From assembly GCA_017621655.1 (NCBI GenBank), contig JAGASS010000051.1:13418-77417 (forward strand): a stretch of DNA of 64,000 nt, given 5' to 3'. The number at the start of each line of letters is the position of its first letter. Position 1 is the stretch's first letter. The DNA comes from Clostridia bacterium (lineage in GTDB: Bacteria > Bacillota > Clostridia > Oscillospirales > CAG-272). Below, piece after piece: positions 50,756 to 59,543 of this stretch. A model generated the notes under the pieces. The model searched no databases. It saw nothing but the letters and a program-made list of their open reading frames with translations, and had not been told where the DNA came from. The position numbers and the translations under genes were made by a program.

Positions 50756-51120
50756 ATACTGTTGAAGCGCGACTTCTGATCGCATTTCTGATCGGCGGAG
50801 CTTTCTGCGCCATAGCGCAGATACTGATAGACAAAACAAAGCTGACCCCTGCGCGAATACTTGTGTCTTACGTCGTACTTGGAGTTATTCTCACCGGCAT
50901 TGGCGTGTACGGTCCTCTCGTAAAATTCGCAGGAAACGGTGCAACTACGCCGCTTACCGGATTTGGTTACTGTTTAGCTGAGGGCGTCAAAAAAGCCGTC
51001 GACCGCGACGGCTTGATCGGTGCATTAACAGGCGGTATCACAGGTGCGGCAGGCGGAATAACCGCCGCAATATTCATGGGCTTGACTGTCGCACTTATAT
51101 TCAAAAGCAAGCCGAAATAA
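50752..51120 (+). CDS. spoVAEB: Stage V sporulation protein AEB
   Basis: 122 aa. FLIGGAFCAIAQILIDKTKLTPA...FAGNGATTPLTGFG...ALIFKSKPK closely parallels SpoVAEb as I recall it. ATG 50752 (GGAG 8 nt upstream, ATGA overlap) is preferred over 50746. Confidence 0.85.
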   Translation: MNTVEARLLIAFLIGGAFCAIAQILIDKTKLTPARILVSYVVLGVILTGIGVYGPLVKFAGNGATTPLTGFGYCLAEGVKKAVDRDGLIGALTGGITGAAGGITAAIFMGLTVALIFKSKPK

Positions 51121-51123
51121 AAT

Positions 51124-51159
51124 AAAAAAGCAGTCGCTTAACGCTAAGCGACTGCTTTT
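51124..51159. terminator. Bidirectional terminator
   Basis: Stem GCAGTCGCTTA(51130-51140)/TAAGCGACTGC(51145-51155), flanked by an A-run and a T-run. Confidence 0.7.
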
Positions 51160-51166
51160 AAGTTAA

Positions 51167-52000
51167 TTATTTTTTATAGAAAAAGTTTTGTATATATCCC
51201 CTAATGGCTTGACACTCTATCTTGACTCCCTTTAGAATCTCAACCTTTGTATGGTCAATAGCACGGAGGAATATCCAAAGGAATATGATAGTTACGAAGG
51301 TAACAGTCATAAGAACTGTAAGGTTTACAAGGAAGCTATTTTCACCGTCGGTTGCCTTGCTAAGCGCAGAAATGAGTATCATCAAAGTGAGTACTACTGC
51401 AAGAAGCATGAAAATTACAGGGAGAGCAAACCAAATCAGACCGAAAATCATATTGAGAATGCTTATGCAAATAATAGGCATCGAGGAATATGCTACGAGA
51501 TTGCAAGCACCGCTGATCGAGATCTTCTTCTTAGCAATATAATTAGCGGATACGAATACGATAGCCGCAGCAACTACAAAAACAATTATCGCCAACAGAA
51601 GCATCAAGCCGAAGGATGCGCCTGAGGGAAAATACCTTTCAACGATCTTCATATCAGAGGCGGAGAGCCTTCCGTTGTTTGTAGCTCTGCAATATGAAAC
51701 GATGCCCTGATTGATATTTACCATTGCACTAAGGGCAAACATAAGTGCGCCGAAAGCTGCAAGGATAAGACCGGAGAAGCTATTGTCCTTGGCAGAATTA
51801 GCTACTACTCCAACAGGGTCCTTCTTGGTGAAGATGTTAACTATCTGGCTGATGAGACGAGAGAAAATGGGTGGGACGGAAGCTTTGGCGGCGGGAGCTG
51901 CTTTTGGTGCAGCTGCAGGTGCCGGGCCTACCTGATTTCCGCACTCGGAACAGAAAGCTGCGTCATCGGAAAGTTGTTTTCCGCATTTGTTACAGAACAT
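51167..52000 (-). CDS. Zinc-ribbon domain membrane protein, function unknown
   Basis: 277 aa with an N-terminal CNKCG...CSECG ribbon, an Ala/Pro-rich linker, then about 5 TM helices. RBS AGGAGGA. Confidence 0.65.
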   Translation of the reverse strand: MFCNKCGKQLSDDAAFCSECGNQVGPAPAAAPKAAPAAKASVPPIFSRLISQIVNIFTKKDPVGVVANSAKDNSFSGLILAAFGALMFALSAMVNINQGIVSYCRATNNGRLSASDMKIVERYFPSGASFGLMLLLAIIVFVVAAAIVFVSANYIAKKKISISGACNLVAYSSMPIICISILNMIFGLIWFALPVIFMLLAVVLTLMILISALSKATDGENSFLVNLTVLMTVTFVTIIFLWIFLRAIDHTKVEILKGVKIECQAIRGYIQNFFYKK

Positions 52001-52142
52001 AATGAGTCCTCCTAATTGAAATGTAATGCACTAAAATTGCGTAATAAATTATATCACATATACATTTGAATGTCAATAAATATTTAACTATTAATAAATA
52101 ATTTGATAACGAAAAAGCGATCTGATCTCGTTATACAATATT

Positions 52143-53642
52143 TTATTTATTTACGTTATCAATAAATTTGATGAACGCTTCTCTTCCCTCAGGTGTACAT
52201 TTGTATACGCCCGCATCGATAAGGCATCCTTCAAACACCTTACCCGTTTCATATTCAAGGATCTCATTCACATTATCCTTGTTAAGCTCGGGGTGATTCT
52301 TTATAACCTCTTCTGCCCAATCGGCATGGCTTGCAAGAGTCGGAGTCGAACGAAGGTCGTTTCCTAGTATTATTGCATCTGCAAGCTCGGTAAGCTCTTT
52401 CTTAAGACGGGCAGGAAGAACGGCAAGACCCATAACCTCGATAAGACCGATGTTTTCCTTCTTGATGTGATGGTACTCAGGGCGCGGATGATAGACGCCG
52501 AGAGGACGGTCGGGAGTAGTTACGTTGTTACGGAGAACAAGATCAAGCTCATACTTATCGCCATTCTTGCGGGCAATGGGAGTTATAGTATTATGACGCT
52601 CACCGTCAGTATACGCGAAGATAAAGGCATCCTCGTCACTGTAATTTATCCATTTATCAAGGATAACTGCGCCAAGCTCAACGAGACGATCAGGGTCCTC
52701 GCCCGAGAGGCGAATAACGCTGAGCGGCCACTTTACGATACCCGCCTTAACGTCAGCAAAACCGTTGAATTCGATCTCGCGCTCGATAGGAGCAACAGCC
52801 ATAGCAAAGGTATAATTACCGCCCTGGAAATGGTCGTGAGTAAGAATTGAGCCGCCAACGATCGGAAGATCTGCGTTTGATCCGACGAAATAGTGCGGGA
52901 ACTGAATGACGAAGTCAAGAAGCTTACGGAATGTCGCCTTATTGATCGCCATCGGAGTATGCTCGGAATTGAATACGATGCAGTGCTCATTATAGTAAAC
53001 GTAAGGCGAATACTGGAACATCCAGGGTGAATCGTTGATCGTCACGGGGATGATTCTGTGATTCTGTCTTGCCGCCGCGTTAAGACGGCCTGCATATCCC
53101 TCGTTTTCCTTACAGAGAGCGCACTTGGGATAAACGGTTCCCGTCGGCTTCATGTTTCTTGCCGCCGCGATCGCCTTAGGGTCCTTTTCGGGCTTAGAAA
53201 GGTTAATTGTAATATCCATCGTGCCGTACTCGGTATCGAGCTTCCAGCGCTTATCCTTTCTTATTCTGTCCTGGCGGATATAGTTGCTGTCACAGCTAAG
53301 CTTATAATACCAGTCGGTTGCTTCCTTAGGAGATCTCTCATAAAGAGAGGTGAACTTAGAAATAACCTCAGACGGACGGGGCATTATTGCGCCCATGATC
53401 TTAGTATCAAAAAGGTCACGGAATACAACGCCGTCCTCGATCATGCCCTTCGCAACAGCATAGTCGCACATTACGGAGAGTATCTCGTGAATTTCCTTTT
53501 CGGGGGCGTTTTCACACAGCTCGTATTCATCCAGAGCCAAGACCTCAAGGACACGGTTTACGGCATAAGCGCGGTCTTCCTTTGCAATTATGCCATTCTT
53601 TTCTGCGTAATTTATTAGTTGAGTAATTGCTTCGTTTATCAT
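52143..53642 (-). CDS. galT: UDP-glucose--hexose-1-phosphate uridylyltransferase (type 2 GalT)
   Basis: 499 aa, the length and pattern of Gram-positive GalT. YPKCALCKENEGYAG and GGSILTHDHFQGG motifs. Confidence 0.88.
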   Translation of the reverse strand: MINEAITQLINYAEKNGIIAKEDRAYAVNRVLEVLALDEYELCENAPEKEIHEILSVMCDYAVAKGMIEDGVVFRDLFDTKIMGAIMPRPSEVISKFTSLYERSPKEATDWYYKLSCDSNYIRQDRIRKDKRWKLDTEYGTMDITINLSKPEKDPKAIAAARNMKPTGTVYPKCALCKENEGYAGRLNAAARQNHRIIPVTINDSPWMFQYSPYVYYNEHCIVFNSEHTPMAINKATFRKLLDFVIQFPHYFVGSNADLPIVGGSILTHDHFQGGNYTFAMAVAPIEREIEFNGFADVKAGIVKWPLSVIRLSGEDPDRLVELGAVILDKWINYSDEDAFIFAYTDGERHNTITPIARKNGDKYELDLVLRNNVTTPDRPLGVYHPRPEYHHIKKENIGLIEVMGLAVLPARLKKELTELADAIILGNDLRSTPTLASHADWAEEVIKNHPELNKDNVNEILEYETGKVFEGCLIDAGVYKCTPEGREAFIKFIDNVNK

Positions 53643-53652
53643 TTTTTACCTC

Positions 53653-54903
53653 TTATGAATGTCTATTCTTTATTACCGAAAACGCTTCATCCGCGACAGC
53701 TATCGTTTCTGCAATGTTAGCGTCGCTGAGCGATGCGTTTATAAAGTGATTGTGGTGATTTGTAAAGTAGATACCGCGCTTAACGCACTCTGCTATCCAT
53801 TCCTGATGGAGCATCAGCGTAGGGTCGTCAGCTATTCTTAAATAGAAGAGCGACGGCACACCCGAAACATGTAGATCATAGCCGTATTTACTTGCCGTTT
53901 CGATCAACCCGTTTTTGAGCGCATTTCCCTTTTCAAAAAGCAGCTGCGTACAGTTTATCCTTTTCATCTTCTCAATACAGGCAATTCCCGCCGCAAACGG
54001 TACTGCCGACAGCCAATAGCTACCTGTATAAGAAAGCGATGAAACGGTGTTTTTCAGAAAATACTTTCCGCAAAGAGCCGAGACGTTATAGCCGTTAGCA
54101 AGCGCCTTGCAGAAGCAAATTAGGTCTGCTTCAAAACCGAAATAATGGTCGCTTCCAGCTATGTCAAGGCGGAATCCTGCTCTTACGTCGTCGATAATAA
54201 GCACTGTATCGTTATCGGTACAAATCTTTCTGACCTTTGCCCAGAAGTCCTTTATGGGAAGCGAGTTATCCATAAAGTTGTTGTGCATATAGGGCTGAGC
54301 AATAACCGCCGCGATCTGTCCCTTGTACTTGCGGAATGCTTCTTCAACGGCATCAATATCATTCCAATCAAGGTAGATATTATTAACTACGTCTTCTTCA
54401 ATAACACCTGCATAGTCGATCTTCTGTGTCCAAGGTGAGACCCCATGATAATACCCCTTGAAGAATATTATCTTCTTTCTCTTCGTGTATGCTCTTGCGG
54501 TCATTACAGCCATCGTCGTTACGTCGTTACCGTTCTTTGCAAAGAACGCCCAATCGGCGCTTTTAACGGTGTCTACAAGCAATTCCGCAAAGTCTATCAT
54601 CTTTGTGTTAGGCGCGGTAATGCAGTCGCCCTTTGCTCTTTGAGCCGCGGCTGCCGCGTCAACGTCGGGGTCGTTATAACCGAGAACGTTCGGTCCGTAT
54701 GCACACATATAGTCGATAAATCTGTTACCGTCAATATCCCAGAAATAGCTTCCCTTAGCTCTATCGGAGAAAAACGGGAACGCTTCTACCGGAACGAAAC
54801 AGCCCTCGGCAGGACCCTGATGTCCGTATATTCCCGAAGGTATTACCTTCTCAGCGCGGAGGAACGCCTCGCGACTTTTAGTATAGTCGTTTATCTTAAA
54901 CAT
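53653..54903 (-). CDS. Class III PLP aminotransferase (glutamate-1-semialdehyde-aminomutase-like), substrate unknown
   Basis: 416 aa with IIDDVRAGFR and Lys context FCKALANGY. RBS AGGGAGGA. It ends 10 nt upstream of galT. Confidence 0.8.
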   Translation of the reverse strand: MFKINDYTKSREAFLRAEKVIPSGIYGHQGPAEGCFVPVEAFPFFSDRAKGSYFWDIDGNRFIDYMCAYGPNVLGYNDPDVDAAAAAQRAKGDCITAPNTKMIDFAELLVDTVKSADWAFFAKNGNDVTTMAVMTARAYTKRKKIIFFKGYYHGVSPWTQKIDYAGVIEEDVVNNIYLDWNDIDAVEEAFRKYKGQIAAVIAQPYMHNNFMDNSLPIKDFWAKVRKICTDNDTVLIIDDVRAGFRLDIAGSDHYFGFEADLICFCKALANGYNVSALCGKYFLKNTVSSLSYTGSYWLSAVPFAAGIACIEKMKRINCTQLLFEKGNALKNGLIETASKYGYDLHVSGVPSLFYLRIADDPTLMLHQEWIAECVKRGIYFTNHHNHFINASLSDANIAETIAVADEAFSVIKNRHS

Positions 54904-54914
54904 CTGATCCTCCC

Positions 54915-55670
54915 TTACGCAAGATACATTGACACGCGGTCAAGTATTCTGTTCATATTATCGACCTGCGAGATCATACCGCCGATGCGGATATTTCCGT
55001 GTCCGACGGATGCAACACTGTTTACTCTGCCTGCAAAAAGATCGTTTGCAAGCTTTATGTCCTTAAATATCATATACGACGTGAAGTCCTCTGGCATTTC
55101 GTGTACTGTATTAAGAACGTGATCTTTAGCTACTATACACGCACCGACAATGTCGCCTATCGACATCTTTATCTTTCCGTCAACGATGTAAGACGCGCTT
55201 GACATTCCGACGCTGTCGTTATTTGCTATCTGCGAAAGCGCCTCCGACACAACGTAAAAGGTAAGAAGCGTCGACACTCTGAAGAATTCTTCATCCTTAA
55301 GATCTTCATCAGAGGGGCGAAGATATTTCGTAAGCAGATCTGTCAGCGGCACGAAGGTTTTGAGAAGAAAACCGATTTTTGTAAGACCCTTGCTCGGAAT
55401 CGGAGTAACAGTTCCGTCGATCATTCCGTTGAACTTTTCGGGAGAGGAAAAAGGAAGGCGGATATTACACTTGCCCGCGCCTCGAAGTATCTTACAGCTT
55501 CCGTTTTCAAAAGCAAGACGTGCAGTCGGTCCTTTTTTGACCGTGATCTCCATCGTTATTCTCTTGTTACCGAGTATTTCCTTCGCCTTTGGATCAAGCT
55601 CGCAAAGCTGAGTCATTGCGCCGAGAATCGCATACAGGTTTATATATGACAGCGTTTTTGCATCAGTCAT
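54915..55670 (-). CDS. Hypothetical protein, possibly a tandem SCP2-like fold
   Basis: 251 aa from ATG 55670 (GGAGA RBS; the track start 55682 is TTG). The C-terminal ...GHGNIRIGGMISQVDNMNRIL resembles SCP2 domain ends. No catalytic motif was recognised. Confidence 0.55.
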   Translation of the reverse strand: MTDAKTLSYINLYAILGAMTQLCELDPKAKEILGNKRITMEITVKKGPTARLAFENGSCKILRGAGKCNIRLPFSSPEKFNGMIDGTVTPIPSKGLTKIGFLLKTFVPLTDLLTKYLRPSDEDLKDEEFFRVSTLLTFYVVSEALSQIANNDSVGMSSASYIVDGKIKMSIGDIVGACIVAKDHVLNTVHEMPEDFTSYMIFKDIKLANDLFAGRVNSVASVGHGNIRIGGMISQVDNMNRILDRVSMYLA

Positions 55671-55768
55671 GGCATTCTCCAATTCATTTAAAAATACATT
55701 TGTTTAATTATACCACTTTTTGCCGTAAAAATCAATATTAATAAATGAATTATTGTAGATATTTACGC

Positions 55769-55797
55769 TTGAAGACCGACTCTCATTTTGTTATAAT
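55769..55797 (+). promoter_or_regulatory. Sigma-A type promoter for the permease gene
   Basis: TTGAAG (55769-55774), 17 nt spacer, TATAAT (55792-55797), with extended -10 TG. Confidence 0.5.
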
Positions 55798-55825
55798 TTT
55801 CGAGGACTAAAAAAGGAGAAATATT

Positions 55826-56968
55826 ATGATCGCTCACAGACCTCTTAAAAGAAGACATGACTTTCATAAAATTACATATTTCTTAAAGCAGAACGTTGTA
55901 CTTATCGTTGCTTTCATTGCGGCGCTTGCTTCCTCGCTTGTCGTTCCGCCGGACGAAAAGTATATTTCGTATCTCGATTTCCGCACTCTTACCTGTCTAT
56001 TCTGCACGCTTGCGGTCATCTGCGGACTTCGCAACATAAAGTTTTTTACGGTTGTCGCTCGAAAGCTCGTTTCCCTTTCGGGAAGCACGAGAAAAGCAGT
56101 TATAGCGCTTTTGATGATAACATTTATCGGATCGATGCTCATAGCGAACGATATGGCGCTTATCACATTTCTCCCTCTCGGCTACATAGCCCTTTCCGAA
56201 ACGGGCAACAAAAAGTACCTTTGTTACACCTTTATTATGCAGAATATTGCGGCAAATCTCGGCGGAATGGTAACTCCCTTCGGAAATCCGCAAAATCTGT
56301 TCTTGTATAATAAGTTCAATATTCCGACGGGAGAATTCACTCTCATAATGCTTCCGCCGTTTCTTCTTTCGATTGCGCTAATATTGCTATCGGTATTTGT
56401 TTTCGTCAAAAACGAAAAGTTGGAGCTTAACTGTAATGATGATACGAAGCTTCCTGTAAAACGCACCGTCGCGTATCTGTTACTTTTTGCTTTCTCATTG
56501 CTCATCGTTTTCCGACTCATCCCGTTTGTGATAGGTCTTATTCTCATCCCTGCGGCAATGATAATTCTCGACAGAAAAGCTCTGAAGGACGTGGATTACG
56601 GACTGCTTTTCACCTTCGTTTTCTTCTTCATATTCGCCGGAAACATGGCGAGGATCGACGTTATAAGCAACGTATTATCTAATCTTATGCAGAAAAATGC
56701 GCTTATCTTCAGCTCACTCTCATGCCAGTTCATAAGTAACGTACCCTCGGCAATTCTTCTTTCGGGGTTTACGGAGAATTACAAGGATTTGCTTATTGGC
56801 GTGAACATCGGCGGAACGGGAACGCTGATAGCTTCCCTTGCTTCGCTTATAACGTTCAGACAGTATCAGTCTGTTGATCCGCAGGGCGTAAAAAAGTACT
56901 TTATTATGTTCTCGCTGATTAACTTCTCATTCCTCGGAATACTTATGATATTCTGTTCACTGATATAA
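55826..56968 (+). CDS. ArsB/NhaD-superfamily (citrate-transporter-like) anion permease
   Basis: 380 aa, polytopic, with the TPFGNPQNL motif. RBS AAAGGAGAA. Confidence 0.75.
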   Translation: MIAHRPLKRRHDFHKITYFLKQNVVLIVAFIAALASSLVVPPDEKYISYLDFRTLTCLFCTLAVICGLRNIKFFTVVARKLVSLSGSTRKAVIALLMITFIGSMLIANDMALITFLPLGYIALSETGNKKYLCYTFIMQNIAANLGGMVTPFGNPQNLFLYNKFNIPTGEFTLIMLPPFLLSIALILLSVFVFVKNEKLELNCNDDTKLPVKRTVAYLLLFAFSLLIVFRLIPFVIGLILIPAAMIILDRKALKDVDYGLLFTFVFFFIFAGNMARIDVISNVLSNLMQKNALIFSSLSCQFISNVPSAILLSGFTENYKDLLIGVNIGGTGTLIASLASLITFRQYQSVDPQGVKKYFIMFSLINFSFLGILMIFCSLI

Positions 56969-56998
56969 AAATAACCGACGGTCATCCGTCGGTTATTT
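56967..56998. terminator. Bidirectional terminator (permease / birA)
   Basis: Stem ATAACCGACGG(56971-56981)/CCGTCGGTTAT(56986-56996) with loop TCAT. It overlaps the birA stop. Confidence 0.7.
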
Positions 56999-57703
56999 AG
57001 TCCTTATGCTTATCTCTCCGCTTCGGAGAGTTTTTTCTTTTCCGTCATCCGTTATTACGGTAAGCCCAAACTCATCGTCAATTCCTATTGCTCTTGCATC
57101 ATAAGAACTGTTCGGTGTAATTACCCTTACGTCCTTTCCGATAACAGTTGAGAGCGCACGGTATTTGTCTATCAGATCAGGTAAAGTAATATTTTTATCG
57201 AAATATTCAATGATCGCTTTAGCGAGATCGTTGCGCTCTGTTTCAGAATAATGATCGGAGATCGCGCCAGCTATATCTTTTATTTCCTCATTAAAGCCGT
57301 CCTTCGGCGGCGCTATGTTAACGCCGATACCAACGACAACGCCATCGATTTTTCCATTTTCGGATATTACTCCCTCAGCGAGTATTCCGCAGACCTTTTT
57401 GCCGTTATATATAAGATCGTTTACCCATTTTATGCAGCATGAAACGCCGTATTTTTTTTTGATCGCTTCGACGACTGAAACACCTGCCGCGGCGGTTATG
57501 CGCGTAACGTCAACGTCGTCAACGTTTCGGATCAAAAAGCTCATATACAGCCCGCCGTTATCGGAATAAAAGCTTCTTCCCATTCGCCCTCTGCCGCTTG
57601 TTTGGCGGTCAGCAATCACGGTATAATAATTCGGCGCGCCTTTTTTCGCCTCCTCTTTAAGAAAGGCGTTTGTAGACGGCAATGACTCAAAATAAACGAT
57701 CAT
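56993..57703 (-). CDS. birA: Biotin--[acetyl-CoA-carboxylase] ligase (group I, no N-terminal HTH)
   Basis: 236 aa from ATG 57703 (GGAGGT RBS). It has the GRGRMGRSF biotin-binding loop and the KWVNDL motif. Confidence 0.88.
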   Translation of the reverse strand: MIVYFESLPSTNAFLKEEAKKGAPNYYTVIADRQTSGRGRMGRSFYSDNGGLYMSFLIRNVDDVDVTRITAAAGVSVVEAIKKKYGVSCCIKWVNDLIYNGKKVCGILAEGVISENGKIDGVVVGIGVNIAPPKDGFNEEIKDIAGAISDHYSETERNDLAKAIIEYFDKNITLPDLIDKYRALSTVIGKDVRVITPNSSYDARAIGIDDEFGLTVITDDGKEKTLRSGEISIRTK

Positions 57704-57770
57704 GACCCGACCTCCTTTTCGATATAATTTTATCTCATGCACGATGTTTTGTCAATATTCTCTCCTTTTA

Positions 57771-57799
57771 TTGACATCAAAATCAATATGTAGTATAAT
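57771..57799 (+). promoter_or_regulatory. Sigma-A type promoter for the ABC exporter pair
   Basis: TTGACA (57771-57776), 17 nt spacer, TATAAT (57794-57799). Confidence 0.6.
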
Positions 57800-57827
57800 T
57801 GTTTTAATTTAATTTACGAGGTACAAG

Positions 57828-59543
57828 ATGAAATTCATACTGAAATATCTTCGCCCTCACTACACTATGATGACTGTCGGTCTTATCATTAAGATCATAG
57901 GAACGCTTGTAGACCTTATTATCCCTTACATTCTTGAGCATATAATTGACAACGTTGTTCCAACGGGACAAATAACGAAGGTAGCACTGTTCGGTGGGCT
58001 TATGATCCTTTGCGCATTCATAGGATTGGTGGCAAATATCGTTGCTAACCGCATGGCTTGTGCGGTGGCACGTGATTCAACGAGAGCGATAAGAAGCGAT
58101 CTGTTTAAGAAGATCTCATATTTATCGTCAAAGCAGATAGATGAGATCACCATCCCGACCCTTGAAACTCGCTTGACGTCCGATACGTATAACGTGCATC
58201 ATACGATTGGCATGGTTCAGCGTATGGGTATTCGCGCGCCAATCCTTCTCATTGGCGGAATCATTATCACGTTTACTATGGAGCCGATGCTCTGTCTCGT
58301 TCTTTTGGCAGTCCTTCCGTTTATTACTGCCGCAGTTGTTTTCGTGTCCAAAAAAGGAATCCCACTTTACAAAAAAGTCCAGGAACGCACTGACGACATG
58401 GTTGGTACAGTGAGGGAAAGCGCACAGGGTATACGCGTTATAAAGGCGCTTTCGCGAGTTGAGCATCAGAACAAAAAATTTGATGACCGAAACAAGCGTC
58501 TTAACAAGGCCGAGCTGAAATCGGGTTACGTCATATCGCTTACGACGCCCCTTATGAATGCCTTTCTCAATATCGGTATGTCGGCAGTTATTCTTGTCGG
58601 CGCGATAAGAGTCAACGGCGGAAAGGCAGACCCCGGAATGATAATCGCGTTTATGTCGTATTTCACGATCATTCTTAACGCGATGCTTAGCATAACGAGA
58701 ATCTTCACGATGTTCTCCAAGGGTGCGGCATCGGCTGACAGAATTTCGGAAATATGCGATATTGAACCTGATATATCTCATTTACCGAAGGGCGAACGCG
58801 AAGACACTGACGCGTTCATCGAATTCCGCAACGTCTCTTTCTCCTATAACGGAACAAGAGAGAATCTCGAAAACATCTCGTTTACTCTTAAAAAGGGACA
58901 AACTCTCGGTATAATCGGCGCAACGGGAAGCGGAAAATCGACACTAATTCAACTTCTTCTTCGTTTCTATGACCCCGATAGCGGTCAGGTACTTATAGAC
59001 GGATATGACATTAGATCATTAACGTCAAAAGAGTTGCGCTCGCGCTTTGGAACGGTTCTGCAAAACGACTTTATTTACGCAGGAACGCTTCTCGATAACA
59101 TATCATTCGGACACGATATTTCCGAGGAGGAAATTTCTCGTGCACTGGATAACGCCTGCGCATCCGAATTCGTTTCTACTCTCGGTGACGGCGTTGACCA
59201 TTGGATAAATACCAAGGGAACGAACCTCAGCGGAGGTCAGCGTCAAAGAGTTCTTATTACAAGAGCGCTTTCTGTAAACCCCGAAATTCTTATTCTCGAC
59301 GACTCGTCAAGCGCACTTGATTATAAGACTGACGCAACACTTCGTGCAAACCTGCGCAAGAATTATGAAAACGCAACGAAGGTCATCGTTGCTCAACGCG
59401 TAAGCTCTATATCGCACGCAGACAGGATCCTCGTTCTTGACAACGGACGAGTTGTCGGTGACGGTACACACGACGAGCTTATCAACAAGTGCGATATTTA
59501 CCGCGAGATCTCACTTTCACAGATCGGAGGTGAGACGCAGTGA
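57828..59543 (+). CDS. ABC exporter half-transporter with degenerate ATPase site (first chain of a heterodimer)
   Basis: 571 aa. Walker A GATGSGKST. Walker B ILILDDSSS (Asp replaces the catalytic Glu). H-loop VIVAQRV (Gln replaces His). Confidence 0.88.
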   Translation: MKFILKYLRPHYTMMTVGLIIKIIGTLVDLIIPYILEHIIDNVVPTGQITKVALFGGLMILCAFIGLVANIVANRMACAVARDSTRAIRSDLFKKISYLSSKQIDEITIPTLETRLTSDTYNVHHTIGMVQRMGIRAPILLIGGIIITFTMEPMLCLVLLAVLPFITAAVVFVSKKGIPLYKKVQERTDDMVGTVRESAQGIRVIKALSRVEHQNKKFDDRNKRLNKAELKSGYVISLTTPLMNAFLNIGMSAVILVGAIRVNGGKADPGMIIAFMSYFTIILNAMLSITRIFTMFSKGAASADRISEICDIEPDISHLPKGEREDTDAFIEFRNVSFSYNGTRENLENISFTLKKGQTLGIIGATGSGKSTLIQLLLRFYDPDSGQVLIDGYDIRSLTSKELRSRFGTVLQNDFIYAGTLLDNISFGHDISEEEISRALDNACASEFVSTLGDGVDHWINTKGTNLSGGQRQRVLITRALSVNPEILILDDSSSALDYKTDATLRANLRKNYENATKVIVAQRVSSISHADRILVLDNGRVVGDGTHDELINKCDIYREISLSQIGGETQ

